From Neophaeotheca triangularis (taxonomy: Eukaryota), in contig BAAIJX010000011.1 of the NCBI GenBank assembly GCA_054600435.1, positions 186,001-250,000 of the forward strand: DNA of 64,000 nt, written 5' to 3'. Below, piece by piece: positions 9,674-21,229 of the stretch. Position numbers and translations under genes: made by a program. Under the pieces are notes generated by a model that did no database searches, was not told the DNA's origin, and saw nothing but the letters and a program-made list of their open reading frames with translations. Within the stretch, counting starts at the first letter, position 1. Every line of letters starts with the position of its first letter.

Positions 9674-11671
9674 TCAAGTATCCATAGCGGTACTTCCAAC
9701 AGGCACTTCAGGAAGACCACCTTCAACATTCTTCGCCAGTGTCCACATATTCTCCATGTTCGCTCTTCTCAAAACCTCCATAGCCTCGCCATCCGTCCCA
9801 CAGATCCTGCTCTCCCAACGTCTAAACTTACGCTCCTTCATCTCGCCCTCCCAAACTTCCACGCAAGTGTTGTCGCTCAGATCTTTGAGAAGGAAGTTTC
9901 CTCCAAAGTCGGTGGCCTCGGACCATGGGCTCAACCATCCACGGTCGAAACCGCGGTCTTCGGCTCTCTCTTGGTTGGCCTTGTTGCCGATGAAAGTCGT
10001 CGCAGTGCTGTTTTCGCTAGTGGATTGAGGGGCCAAGTTCTCCGTCCAGCGGATGCGGTGGAGAGCCTTGCGGTAATTTTTGAGGGAGTGGGCGCCGCCT
10101 TCAACCACGATAAGAGACATGGAAGGGTGCAGCACGACGATACCCGTGCAGTTGTTCTGCTTTGCGTTGATGTCGACGGCAAAGCGGTGTTTGCCGCTCA
10201 CGAGCGACAATACGCGAAAGACTGCGATGCGGATTCCTAGCGCTTCGTCACCGGCCTGCTGCTGCTTGAGCTTCTCTTGCCGTTGTTCTTTGGTGAGTTT
10301 GCGCTCTTCGTTGTTGGCGACGTGTCCGGCCTCGCGTGCGGCGATTTCACGGTTCACGCGCGCTTCGACAGCCGTGGGGTCCTTGACGGCCTCCTCGCCC
10401 AATACGCGCATCATGTTGCTCTTCTTGACTTTGGGTGGTGGGGGCTCCACCAGACCGAGCCGAACCTTGGCTTGCTCTTCCTTCATGTCAGCCATGCGGC
10501 GTTGGCGACGGACCTTGGCTTGCTCTTTAGCTGTAAGCATCATTGGTTTGGGTGGAGGAGCGAATTTGTCTTGTGGAGGCTCGTCGAGGCGAGGATGTTG
10601 AACGAGGTTAGTGATGATGGATCCGTTCTCTTCGGTGTTCTCGATGCGGTTGCGCGCAGGATTCTCCCAGTCGTCGTAGCTATTCTGCTCAAGTGGTAGA
10701 AGCCCCTCATCCCACCATTCTACCTCTGGCGGTTCGGATACTAGGAGGCTGCGATCTGAGGCTTCTTCGATTTCGGTCCTGCGAGTCTCCGCGGCAATGC
10801 GCGCCTTCATCTCCTCAAGCGCAAGCTGGTCACGTAGGGCGTTCGCTTGGCGGATGTGTTTTCCAGGAGCGGCAAAGGTGAGACCCTTCTTGCGTTCGCG
10901 CTCAAGACCTTTCTTACCCGCATCGTCATTCTCAAAATCGGCGAGGTAAGGATTGACCTTTGGTGCTTGGTTGCCTTTCATAGTGCTGAACTTCGGGCCC
11001 TTGCCAGTGGACGGCGCGACGGTGTCGCCCATGAGAAGAGGATGCAAAGGAGCATGCTTAAGGCCAGTTCGTGGAGCCGGACGAGTCTCTTCTTGTTGCG
11101 AGGGCGAATGTGAAGTGCCTGGAGTATCAGATCTTGCTCGCGCGGCGGCCTGTTCCTTTTCATCCTGTAGTCTTCTAGGGCGAAGTGTTAGTACTGAGTG
11201 CACGAAAGTTCCAACGGAGCAACGGCCGTACCTTTGCTCTTTTTGTTCCTTGATCCTCTGGTGCATAGCTGCTTGGGTGCTATTACTGGCCGGAGGAGCA
11301 GTCCCATTTGCCTTTTGTTTCGCCGCCATGCTTGCTTTGAAGGCCGCAATACGTTCCGCCGCCGCAGCCTTCTTAGCTTCTGCATCACTCGCTGGAGGAG
11401 CTTGTGCTGGCGGGGGAGGAGGGGGTGTTGGGCTAGGCGCAGCGACGGCCGGGGTACGTGGGGGCGGCGGAGGGGGCGCGCCAGTTTTCATTCGCTCCTT
11501 TAAGGCCGCAATCCTTGCTTTTGTATCCGCGCTCTTCTTTTCCTTCTCTGTGAGCTCCGACATGGCCTGGGCGGGTGGGGGAGCTGGGGAGCCATCGTTT
11601 CCTCGCATGCGTTTGCTGTCGGGGTCGTCGCCCGGAACGCCGGTGCCGGAGTGGGCGCGTTTGCCGGACAT
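9674..11671 (-). CDS. PRP3: U4/U6 snRNP protein Prp3
   Basis: PPEVEWWD, LVQHP, KVRLGLVEPPPPKVKKSNMMRVLGEEAVKDPTAVEARV and VVEGG motifs. Probable in-frame 57-nt intron 11175-11231. Confidence 0.95.
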   Translation of the reverse strand: MSGKRAHSGTGVPGDDPDSKRMRGNDGSPAPPPAQAMSELTEKEKKSADTKARIAALKERMKTGAPPPPPPRTPAVAAPSPTPPPPPPAQAPPASDAEAKKAAAAERIAAFKASMAAKQKANGTAPPASNSTQAAMHQRIKEQKEQRYGRCSVGTFVHSVLTLRPRRLQDEKEQAAARARSDTPGTSHSPSQQEETRPAPRTGLKHAPLHPLLMGDTVAPSTGKGPKFSTMKGNQAPKVNPYLADFENDDAGKKGLERERKKGLTFAAPGKHIRQANALRDQLALEEMKARIAAETRRTEIEEASDRSLLVSEPPEVEWWDEGLLPLEQNSYDDWENPARNRIENTEENGSIITNLVQHPRLDEPPQDKFAPPPKPMMLTAKEQAKVRRQRRMADMKEEQAKVRLGLVEPPPPKVKKSNMMRVLGEEAVKDPTAVEARVNREIAAREAGHVANNEERKLTKEQRQEKLKQQQAGDEALGIRIAVFRVLSLVSGKHRFAVDINAKQNNCTGIVVLHPSMSLIVVEGGAHSLKNYRKALHRIRWTENLAPQSTSENSTATTFIGNKANQERAEDRGFDRGWLSPWSEATDFGGNFLLKDLSDNTCVEVWEGEMKERKFRRWESRICGTDGEAMEVLRRANMENMWTLAKNVEGGLPEVPVGSTAMDT

Positions 11672-12025
11672 GGTGGTGGTTTAGAAGGAGTAGGTCAGTG
11701 ATAGTCAGTAGGAAGTGAAAGTGCTAAGATTAAATGCGCGCGCGCGGCGGGTGGATTGGCTCCAGGTTAGACTTAGGCAGCGGGCAGAAGTTCGTTCGTT
11801 CGTCAGAGCGGACAAAAGTAAAGTCGGCCCTGATAGACGTTAGCGCCAAATCGCACACGGGCCGAGCCGCGTGTTAAAGCCGAAACAGAGAGAGAGCTTA
11901 GGTCCGCAGCTAAAAATCTCGAAGCTCTGCAGTTGAAAGTTGCACGGTCGAGACGAGACAACTCGACGCTAACAATCGACTTCACCGGCAAGACCACAAC
12001 ATCAGCAGATGTCTGGAGCGCGACG

Positions 12026-15000
12026 ATGAACACATCCCAGCCTGTTTCGTCGCAGCTGCAAGGCGTTTCCTTCCACTTCCTATCGTCCGAAGATATCAAA
12101 GCTTTGTCTGCGAAACGCATCACGAACCCGACCACCTTCGATACACTCCTCAACCCCATCCCAGGCGGTCTCTACAGCGCAGAGCTAGGACAATTTGGCG
12201 ACAATAACTGCGCAACATGTGGCCTGAAAAGTCCGCAATGTCCCGGCCACTGTGGTCATATTGAGCTGCCCGTACACTGCTACCATCCAACTTTTTTGGA
12301 CCAGGTTTTACGCCTACTGCGAGCAACATGCATCTACTGCAACCGCCTTAAGATGAGTCGTGTTGCCGTCAACCGCTTCGTCTGTAAATTGAAGCTGTTA
12401 CGCTGGGGATTGCTCAAGGCATGCGAAGATCTTGACGATATTCACGTGAGCTCCAAAACGAATTCGGGTGGTGGTGGTGCAGGCGGGGGATCGGATGCTG
12501 AAAGCATTTCCGATGAAGACGAGAGTGACGCCAACGACCTTATCCAAAAGCGAGAGGCATTTGTGAACAAGACAATCAAGGCAGCCAAAGCAGATGGCTC
12601 AGCAACTGCTGCCAAGACGGAGGCAACAACGTCTGTGAGGAAGGCGGTGATTTCAGAGTTCATGGGAGCTATTACGAAAAGCAAGAAGTGTGGCAATTGT
12701 GCCGGGGTCAACCACGGATACAGGAAAGATCGTTTCGTGAAGATCTTCAGGAAGCCGTTGACGGAGAAGGAGAGGTTGGCAATGGTACAAAGTGGACATA
12801 GGGCCAAGGATGCTCTTGTCGAATCAAGGAAAAGAATTGAAGCTGGCATGAAAAGGAAACGGCCTCAGAAAGATGAAGGAATTGCAGACATGGATATATC
12901 GGGTGAAGAGGAGTCTGAGGAGCCCGAGGAAGGGGAGGAGTCTGAAGAGGAGGTCCGCATTGCTGGTGGAGACATCGTCGATACGTCTGCAGGAATGGCG
13001 ACCAAGACAAAGAAGAAGGCTATCACGCAGGAGGAGTATCTCAACCCTAGCAGAGTGCATGCACAGCTCGAGTCGATGTTCGAGCGGGAGCACGAGATCC
13101 TTAATCTTGTCTACGGGAGGTATAATGTAAAGAAAGGCAGCAGCAACGGTGTCAAGGCGGACATGTTCTTCATCAAGGATGTCCTCGTTCCACCAAACCG
13201 ATTCCGTCCAGAGGCCAAGACTGGAAATGACGAGATCGCAGAGGCGCAGGAGAACACTCTTTACAAAGCAATATTGACGCAATGCGAAATCCTAGGCCAG
13301 ATACAACGAGAACTTGCTGGCGATACTCCTGCGTCTGCTCGGTATCGAGTACGCACTTACGCTGACTTCGAGACTACTTGGGTGACTCTTCAAGACTCCG
13401 TCAACAGTCTCATCGACCGCGATCGCAATCCCATCCAAGGTGCTGCGGGCAAGCGCAACCCAGATGGCGTCAAGCAAAAGTTGGAAAAGAAGGAGGGAAT
13501 GTTCCGGAAATACATGATGGGGAAGCGGGTCAACTTCGCTGCACGTACCGTCATCTCGCCTGATCCGAACATTGAGACCAACGAGATTGGTGTTCCGCCC
13601 GTCTTCGCCGTCAAGTTGACTTACCCAGAGCCAGTTACCGTATGGAACGTCGAGGAATTGCAAGAGGCCGTAAGGAACGGACCGCATGTGTGGCCTGGGG
13701 CCGTCGCAATCGAATCAGAAGACGGTAGGATCGTCAACCTAGAGCGCAAAAACGCGGAAGACCGTACCGCTCTGGCAAATCAATTGCTTGCTCCGTCACT
13801 CAACACTCGCGGTACACGTCCGAAGAAGGTGCATCGCCACTTGAACAATGGCGACATTGTAATCATGAATCGACAGCCAACCCTCCATAAGCCCTCAATG
13901 ATGTGTCACAGAGCTCGAGTGCTTCCGGGCGAAAAGACGCTGCGCATGCACTACGCCAATTGCAACACCTACAACGCTGATTTTGACGGTGATGAAATGA
14001 ACATGCACTTCCCTCAAAACGAATTGGCGAGATCCGAGGCCCTGAGTATAGCAGATACCGATCATCAATACCTCTCAGCCACCGCGGGTAACCCGCTCCG
14101 AGGTTTGATTCAGGATCACATCAGCATGGGTGTCAGCTTGACAAGTCGTGATACCACGTTCACAAGAGACGAATACATGCAGCTGCTCTACTCAGCACTC
14201 AGACCAGAGTCTGGGCACTGTGCTAGTGGCAGGCTTGAGACTGTACCTCCCGCGATCATGAAGCCCAAGCAACTGTGGACGGGCAAGCAAGTCGTCACGT
14301 CTGTGCTCAAGAACATATGCCCCCCAAATTGCGACGGCATTACCATGACAGGCAAAAGCACTACGAACAAGGAGCTTTGGCTGAGCCGACCACCTTTGAA
14401 GGGGAAGCCCAAAGACAACAAGGACAGCGAGCAAGACGTAGTCTTCAAAGACGGAGAGCTGCTTCAAGGTATACTCGACAAAAAGCAACTGGGCCCCAGC
14501 AGCGGTGGCTTTGTCAATGGCGTCTACGAAGCTTACGGTCACACCGTTGCCGGACGTCTTCTTTCTGTCATGGGAAGGCTCCTCACCAAGCTACTTCACA
14601 TCCGCGCTTTCAGCTGCGGTGTTGAAGATCTGATTTTCACCCGCGAAGGCGAGGAGAACCGACGACAGGCACTCAGCGGGGCGGAGACCATTGGACTGGA
14701 AGTCGCGGCGAAATACGTCTCGATGGACGACGTGAGCCCCAAAGCCAACGACCCGGAACTGCGCAAGAGGTTAGAAGATGTGCTGCGCGAGGAAGACAAG
14801 CAAGCTGGCCTAGATGGCGTAATGAACAGTGCTACTCGCGGACTTTCTTCCGATGTAACAAGTCGTTGTCTGCCTGCTGCCTTGACCAAGCCGTTCCCCA
14901 GGAACCAGATGCAACTTATGACTTCCTCCGGTGCTAAGGGTTCGGGTGTCAACGCCAACCAGATCTCTTGCAACTTGGGTCAGCAAGTTTTGGAAGGTCG

Positions 15001-17272
15001 ACGTGTGCCCGTCATGGTGTCGGGAAAGACTCTACCCTGCTTCAAGCCCTTTGAGCCTTCAGTCCGCGCGGGTGGATATATTGTCGATCGCTTTTTGACG
15101 GGTGTACGACCGCAAGAGTTCTTCTTCCACGCAATGGCTGGACGAGAAGGGCTTATTGATACCGCTGTCAAGACCTCTCGTTCCGGGTACTTGCAACGCT
15201 GCGTCATCAAGGGGATGGAGGGTTTGAAGGTCGAGTACGACAACAGCGTCCGCGACACCGATGGCAGCGTGGTACAGTTTTTGTACGGAGAGGATGGTCT
15301 CGACGTCGCCAAGGCCAAATACTTGCCGGATTTCAAGTTTTCCGCTGAAAATTACATGTCTCTCTTCCAGGCCTTTGGTGTTGATGAGAACTTCACCAAG
15401 ATGGTCAGTGAGGAGGCTAGGGAATGGAATAAAAAGGCCGAAAAGGCTTATCGGAGGACCGGCGACTTGGGAGCCGTGGACCCTGCGCTTTCTGTCTACG
15501 CGCCGAGTACGCATGCTGGCAGTACGAGTGAGGCTGTGTTGGCAGCTAGCAAGGAGTACATGGACACGAACCCGGATCGCGTTATCAAAGACAAGAAGAA
15601 GGGCATCGAGGGCGCTGTGACCAAGAAGCAATTTCAGAGCATTCTGGACGTGCGGTACTTGAAATCAATCGTCGAACCTGGAGAAGCCGTTGGTGTCGTT
15701 GCGGGCCAGTCCGTTGGAGAACCCTCCACACAGATGACTCTGAACACTTTCCATTTGGCTGGTCACTCTGCCAAGAACGTCACGCTCGGTATCCCTAGGC
15801 TGAGAGAGATTGTCATGACAGCCGCTGCGAACATCGCCACGCCCACCATGACGCTGCGCCTTAACGAGGAGATTAGCGTCGAGGATGCGAAGAAGTTTGC
15901 AAAGGGTATCAGCAAGCTTAGTCTGGCTGAGGTCGTGGACAAGGTTACCATTACTGAATCTACAGGCAAGGGCACCGCTTATGGGGAGGCGAAGAAGTAT
16001 GCAATCCGTCTCGATCTGTTCCCGAAGGAGGAGTATGCCAAAGAGTATGCCATCACTGTGGACGATGTCGTGAACACCATCGAGCACAAGTTCCTGCCTA
16101 GGCTGCAACAAGCTACTAGGAAGGAGCTGAAGAAGAGAGGAGACGAGAAGAGTCTGAAGGCTGCGGCCAAGAGCGACGCTGTCCCTGATGTAGGTGCTTC
16201 TTCCGGAAGAGTGGAAGAAGCTTCTGGCAACGCTGCCGGTGAGCGCGAAGGCGGCGACGACGATTCGGATGCCGAGGGCGACGACGACGCTACCAAGGAC
16301 AAGGCCAAGAGCAACCGAGCCCAAGCCGGCTACGAAGCCTTCGAAGACGACGAGGAGAACGTCATAGCTGCGCGCGCCCTCCGCGAAGACGCCGGCGTCT
16401 CCTCCGATGAAGACTCTGAGCCCGAAGACGAAGCCTATGGCGGCTCCCCACGCAGCCCACAGTCACCCACCAGGCTTGCCGCCTCGCAGCGCAAACGCCT
16501 CGCCAACGACCGCGCCCAGCGCATCAAGTCCTCGCGCAAAACCAACGACGTCACCGCCTTCAACTTCTCTGACACCACCGGCGACGCCTGCACTTTCACC
16601 CTTGAATACGCCGCCAGCACCGCCAAAGTTCTCATGCTGCACCTAGTCGAGACAAGCCTGCACGAATCGCTGATCCAATCCGTCCCCGGCGTTAGCGCCT
16701 GCATGCTCGACATGGGCGCCATGAAAGACGCCGCTCACGACGACCCAATCCTATCAGCCTCGGGCGTCAACCTCCTCGCCATGCGCGAGTACCAACACAT
16801 CGTCCACCCGCACCACCTCTACACCAACTCCGTCACGGAAATCCTGCAACACTACGGCGTCGAAGCGGCCCGCGCGACCATCGTCCGCGAGCTCCAGTCC
16901 GTCTTCGGCGGCCACGGCATCTCCGTCGACCCCCGCCACCTCATGCTCATCGGCGACTACATGACGCGCAGCGGCGGTTACCAAGCCTTCTCCCGCATGG
17001 GCTACAGGGCGAACACGAGCCCGTTTATGAAGATGAGTTTCGAGACGACCGTGGGGTTTTTGCGCGATGCGATGTTGGAGGGCGACGATGATGATTTTGA
17101 GGGCCCAAGTGCGCGTATCGTGGGGGGCAAGTTGAGTGGCGTCGGTACGGGGGGTTTTGGGGTTTATATGCCAGTGGAGGAGGGGGAGGAGATGGAGGTT
17201 TTGGGCGAGGCGGAGGAGGTGGATGAGGATGGTGAGGTGGGTGATGGGGATGTTGCTATGGGTGGGGTTTGA
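12026..17272 (+). CDS. RPA190: RNA polymerase I largest subunit
   Basis: Start MNTSQPV (ATG 12026). Zn-finger C..C...CPGHCGHIEL, KKEGMFRKYMMGKRVNFAAR, catalytic YNADFDGDEMN, EPSTQMTLNTFH. Intronless and divergent from PRP3. Confidence 0.97.
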   Translation: MNTSQPVSSQLQGVSFHFLSSEDIKALSAKRITNPTTFDTLLNPIPGGLYSAELGQFGDNNCATCGLKSPQCPGHCGHIELPVHCYHPTFLDQVLRLLRATCIYCNRLKMSRVAVNRFVCKLKLLRWGLLKACEDLDDIHVSSKTNSGGGGAGGGSDAESISDEDESDANDLIQKREAFVNKTIKAAKADGSATAAKTEATTSVRKAVISEFMGAITKSKKCGNCAGVNHGYRKDRFVKIFRKPLTEKERLAMVQSGHRAKDALVESRKRIEAGMKRKRPQKDEGIADMDISGEEESEEPEEGEESEEEVRIAGGDIVDTSAGMATKTKKKAITQEEYLNPSRVHAQLESMFEREHEILNLVYGRYNVKKGSSNGVKADMFFIKDVLVPPNRFRPEAKTGNDEIAEAQENTLYKAILTQCEILGQIQRELAGDTPASARYRVRTYADFETTWVTLQDSVNSLIDRDRNPIQGAAGKRNPDGVKQKLEKKEGMFRKYMMGKRVNFAARTVISPDPNIETNEIGVPPVFAVKLTYPEPVTVWNVEELQEAVRNGPHVWPGAVAIESEDGRIVNLERKNAEDRTALANQLLAPSLNTRGTRPKKVHRHLNNGDIVIMNRQPTLHKPSMMCHRARVLPGEKTLRMHYANCNTYNADFDGDEMNMHFPQNELARSEALSIADTDHQYLSATAGNPLRGLIQDHISMGVSLTSRDTTFTRDEYMQLLYSALRPESGHCASGRLETVPPAIMKPKQLWTGKQVVTSVLKNICPPNCDGITMTGKSTTNKELWLSRPPLKGKPKDNKDSEQDVVFKDGELLQGILDKKQLGPSSGGFVNGVYEAYGHTVAGRLLSVMGRLLTKLLHIRAFSCGVEDLIFTREGEENRRQALSGAETIGLEVAAKYVSMDDVSPKANDPELRKRLEDVLREEDKQAGLDGVMNSATRGLSSDVTSRCLPAALTKPFPRNQMQLMTSSGAKGSGVNANQISCNLGQQVLEGRRVPVMVSGKTLPCFKPFEPSVRAGGYIVDRFLTGVRPQEFFFHAMAGREGLIDTAVKTSRSGYLQRCVIKGMEGLKVEYDNSVRDTDGSVVQFLYGEDGLDVAKAKYLPDFKFSAENYMSLFQAFGVDENFTKMVSEEAREWNKKAEKAYRRTGDLGAVDPALSVYAPSTHAGSTSEAVLAASKEYMDTNPDRVIKDKKKGIEGAVTKKQFQSILDVRYLKSIVEPGEAVGVVAGQSVGEPSTQMTLNTFHLAGHSAKNVTLGIPRLREIVMTAAANIATPTMTLRLNEEISVEDAKKFAKGISKLSLAEVVDKVTITESTGKGTAYGEAKKYAIRLDLFPKEEYAKEYAITVDDVVNTIEHKFLPRLQQATRKELKKRGDEKSLKAAAKSDAVPDVGASSGRVEEASGNAAGEREGGDDDSDAEGDDDATKDKAKSNRAQAGYEAFEDDEENVIAARALREDAGVSSDEDSEPEDEAYGGSPRSPQSPTRLAASQRKRLANDRAQRIKSSRKTNDVTAFNFSDTTGDACTFTLEYAASTAKVLMLHLVETSLHESLIQSVPGVSACMLDMGAMKDAAHDDPILSASGVNLLAMREYQHIVHPHHLYTNSVTEILQHYGVEAARATIVRELQSVFGGHGISVDPRHLMLIGDYMTRSGGYQAFSRMGYRANTSPFMKMSFETTVGFLRDAMLEGDDDDFEGPSARIVGGKLSGVGTGGFGVYMPVEEGEEMEVLGEAEEVDEDGEVGDGDVAMGGV

Positions 17273-17677
17273 GATGTTGGTCGATCCAGTTTTTTGAGTG
17301 GAGTAAATGGGTTGATGTTGGAGTTTAGGGATTGCAGCGCATGCTATGTATTATCGGCAAAAATGGTACGATGTTCGTTGATATTCGGCTAGTCCTCAAC
17401 ACCCAACCTGTTTTCATTGTCGCAACACCTTGTTTCCCGGCGCAGATAAGTAAAGGTGGCCCTGTACCTCAGTATTTCCTTGGCCGAGTTGACGGCGACC
17501 AAAACATGGTGATGGGTAGATACAATCTAGCAAACTTGATTGACCACCAGCGTCCCCAGAAGACCAATGGGCACTGCAACAAAAGCAAGAACAGCATGGA
17601 AGAAGGCGCGATCATTCATCGTATCGACATAGACTATCCGCATCCCCAGCATACCCCGAAAGTCCCCAACAAATCCT

Positions 17678-19929
17678 CTAGCAGCCGCTTGGAAGCGTGA
17701 AGTCATCAGTGTAAGTACCATTAATGTTGGCGGCATCTACACCAAGCCCACGTTTCGCGAAACCGCGCCAGATGAGACACCTGTTGCGGCCATTGGTGAG
17801 AGCCTCGTCGGCGTCGATGATGGCGTCTCTGGCTTGCACGAAAGTCGGGCTGCACGGCTGCAGAGCCATGCCGTCGAGGACCAACTTCATGCTCAGGTAG
17901 CGGCCGTCCAGTGGGGCGCCGCGCAGACCCCGGAGTGGTATGGTGAGAGCGGTGTTGCCGCGGGCATCGCTGGAGTTGTGGTCAGTAAGGCTGTTTGGTT
18001 CTCTTTCAAGGTTCTGGCATGGCTTACATCAGGTTCCAGAGGACCTCGTAGAGCATCGAGCACCAGACTGTTCCGAATTCGTGCACGCGTCCAAGCCCGT
18101 TGAGGGTAGAGTATGTGTAGGGGTTAGTTTCCATGCTAGTGCTGTAAATGACCGCCCGGATTCCCAAAGGATCGTTGAAAGAGTAGTCTCCGATGGGGTA
18201 GTCGACTGTGCGGTCATCGTCGTTGGACACTCGAATAGCGGTTGGGTAGAAGTCCGACCAGCCCTCGCCCATGCCTCCGGACTCGAGGGTGGAGAGACAA
18301 CGAGCGTTTAATGGGCCGCCGGTGAGGCGGTTCGACAGGCCGTGGGTATACTCGTGGATGACAACGCCTGCATCGAAAGAAGTGTCTCTGAAGGGCGTGG
18401 CCAGGTTGGTGCGGTACATGCGCATACGACCCCTTTCACCATCAGGGGGAGTGCGGAAGTTGGCATTGTTGATACCGCTTCCCTTATTATGTGTCAGTAA
18501 CCTTAGGGACGAGACATACAGAAGAATGAGAACTTAGAATATCTTACATCTTGGGTGTTGAGGATAACTTTCGGCTAGTTAGTAGAGTTGAAACGTCGTA
18601 AAGGCTAGGAGTTCTCACCATCATCGTTTTCTGCCCCACCACGACCAAAGTTGTAAGCTTGGAAGTTGCCAGCCTCTTCGGTAAATCCTAATACGTAGAG
18701 CACGTCGCGGAACTTGTTGGAGGTGTAGAAGAGCTGGACGATTGAAGCGTTGATGTACTGCTGTGTGTTAGTACGAAGAAGCTTTGGCGATCAGGTGTAG
18801 GATCTTCAATGTCTTACTTGCTCCGGTTCCCAAGCTGTGTCAAACGGCTCGCGGAAGTTGAGAATGCGGCTCTGAGGCCTTGGGTTGCTCTCGTATTCAG
18901 CTGTGCCATCAGGATTGCCCTGAGCAATGGCGTTGTTGCCGCGGGTCTCATAGAAGGTTTGGTCGTCATCCTTGTGCCATCCGATGGTGCTGGAGCGAAC
19001 GTCGACGTTGAAAAACTCTATATGCATGTCAGCTTTCCATCAAAAGATCGGAGATGAAGGTAAATCAATTACCGTTGGTACGTTGGTTGCCCCTTGGATC
19101 GTTGAGAGGCCATTTGAAGACTTGGTAGTTCGCGTCTGCAACGTAGTCGGTGACGGCCAGAATCTCTTCCGAGTCGGATTCGCGTGCGGAGATGTATGTG
19201 GTGAGATAGCTGTCGGTGAGATCTGTCTCGACACGCCATGCAGGCACCAGTTCGCCCTGAGCATTCTGGTAATACACGAGTTGACCGTTGGGTTGAGGCC
19301 CGGAAGCACCTGCGATCGAAAAAGAAGTTTCTTCCTCGACATTGAGTTGTCCGGCCTCGGGGTCGATAGGCAAGTTGAGAGTGCTCACAACGGAGTTGAG
19401 CGCAGAGCTGGGCTCAGTGAGATCACCTGACGATGGTGGAGACGAAGGAAGCTCGCCCTCGTAAGCGGAGCCGCCCCAAGAGAAGATGTCGCCATTGGGC
19501 CGGACCTATTGACGTGGATTAGCCTTGCTGGAGGCCATTGAGGAAGAAAGTTCTACTCACGTTCACATTCACGTCCGCATTGTCGATGTCGTAGCCGAAA
19601 AGAGTCTGTTTGAAATACACGTGACCGATGCCACTGCTGCTGACATAGTTGTCTCGGACTCGTCGGAAAGTAGCGTCAGGGAACTGGGCTGCAACGAAAG
19701 CCTCTGCCGATTCGACGTAGTTGGCCCTGCGCCACCAAGGAGTGGGAAGGCGAAAGGCTGCCCGTTTGAGGTACCTGGCAAATGAGAGAGGCCTGAACCT
19801 ATCAGATCTTCCAGGCAACTGACGGGCCACTACTTCGTTTGATGATCTGCCATCGAGCGGTTGGTGATGGGGATGAGCGAACGACGAGGCGGCCAGGGCC
19901 GAGAGGGCTGCTGCCTGTGCAATGCGCAT
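17678..19929 (-). CDS. Secreted fungalysin metalloprotease (peptidase M36), 7 exons
   Basis: Signal peptide, FTP propeptide ([18 protein letters not shown]), [39 protein letters not shown]. Introns ~19506-19560, 19018-19072, 18761-18817, 18568-18618, 18483-18547, 17970-18027. Confidence 0.93.
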
Positions 19930-21229
19930 TTCGAATAGAACGAGCGAATGGTTTGCTGCGATGAAATCACCTCAAAGGCGTTGGACCGCTTCTTTATATC
20001 TCTTCACTCTTCACCTATGTCGGCCTACTGCTTCCTCGGCCTCTGTCCAAGTCGTGGCTAGCCGCTGACCAGAGACTGAACGACAGTTCTTAGTGCATCC
20101 ATTACATCTCTAGAGCGATGCAACCTGCAGAGGTGTATTGGATCCATTGCGCCAACCTCTGGCGAGAGCGGCATGGAACAATCTGTATCAGCCAGCAGCG
20201 CAGCATGTACACACCTATCTTTGCTTCGTTATTGGAGCGGCCTGTCATCTGATCCACCGACTTCCCGCGCTGCGAGTTGCCATGTGGTAACAGAACGGTC
20301 TCGCGCGAGGCATACCAAGCGATAATAGCAGCGTGCCCAGAACGCCTTTCGCAGAAAGGGCAGGTGGTTTTCCTGATAGCTGAGAGCCGCAGGGACCGGC
20401 ACTGCGATTTTAATAAAGGCGGCATGCTCATGTGCGCAAGCTAGCAGACAATCAGTGTTAGCTCCAACTCACTACCTTACCTAGGTAGTTGGCGCAGGCG
20501 CATGTATACGCCGAAGCGAGGCAGCTCTCCTGTGGGCGACTAGGCGAGATGCTCGAGACCAAATCGAGGATGAAAGAACGCATGCCTTGGAACGGTATCA
20601 TTTGAGCGATACGTCCTGATGGGAATCCACTCACGAACACGCATCTTACCATATGCTGGAAAAATTGAACGACTTGATTGTTTATTGATAGTCGAAACGT
20701 CCAGAGAAGGTGCCCTGTAGGTGGTCTAGAAGACACGCCAAGGCGTGCTCGATCTAGAGGCGGCACGTGAGGCGGGCCGCGGGGCTGCAACCTTCAGCAG
20801 TTTAATAAATATTCCGGAGCTTTTATTGCCACGACGTCTCGCTTGTCGGCCATGATGGGAGGTAACGTTAATACGGATATGCTGCAACCCGTTAAACTTC
20901 AAAAGATTATTCAGCTCCATGTACTCATGCAGACCACAGACCGCTCCTGACCAAGCTAAGGCCGTCGTCGCCCGTAATGGACAGCGGGAAAGATATCCTG
21001 ACGAGATAGTCTTGGACGAGGCGAAAGCGGCAGGACGCAGCCAAGGACGGAGCGACTTCTGGAGCTGGGGCTGGGACCGAGGTCTTTCAAGACTTCGAAG
21101 AGTCGAAGAGATAACGCAAAGCAATTGACAAAAACAGCAGAAGGCAAGTTGAGTGCACTTCCTGGGAACAACCCCCCAATGTTCGCGAAGGATCAGATGT
21201 GAAGGTGCGACAAACGTTGCACTCCGGTC

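Noticed and set aside
9515..11684. Long plus-strand ORFs (241 and 243 aa)
   Set aside because: Antisense to PRP3 with no recognisable motifs; such ORFs are expected in GC-rich coding DNA.
11933..12025. N-terminal extension of RPA190 (similarly CHL1 32011-32229)
   Set aside because: Arises from non-ATG starts in the ORF track; conserved sequence begins at the first ATG.
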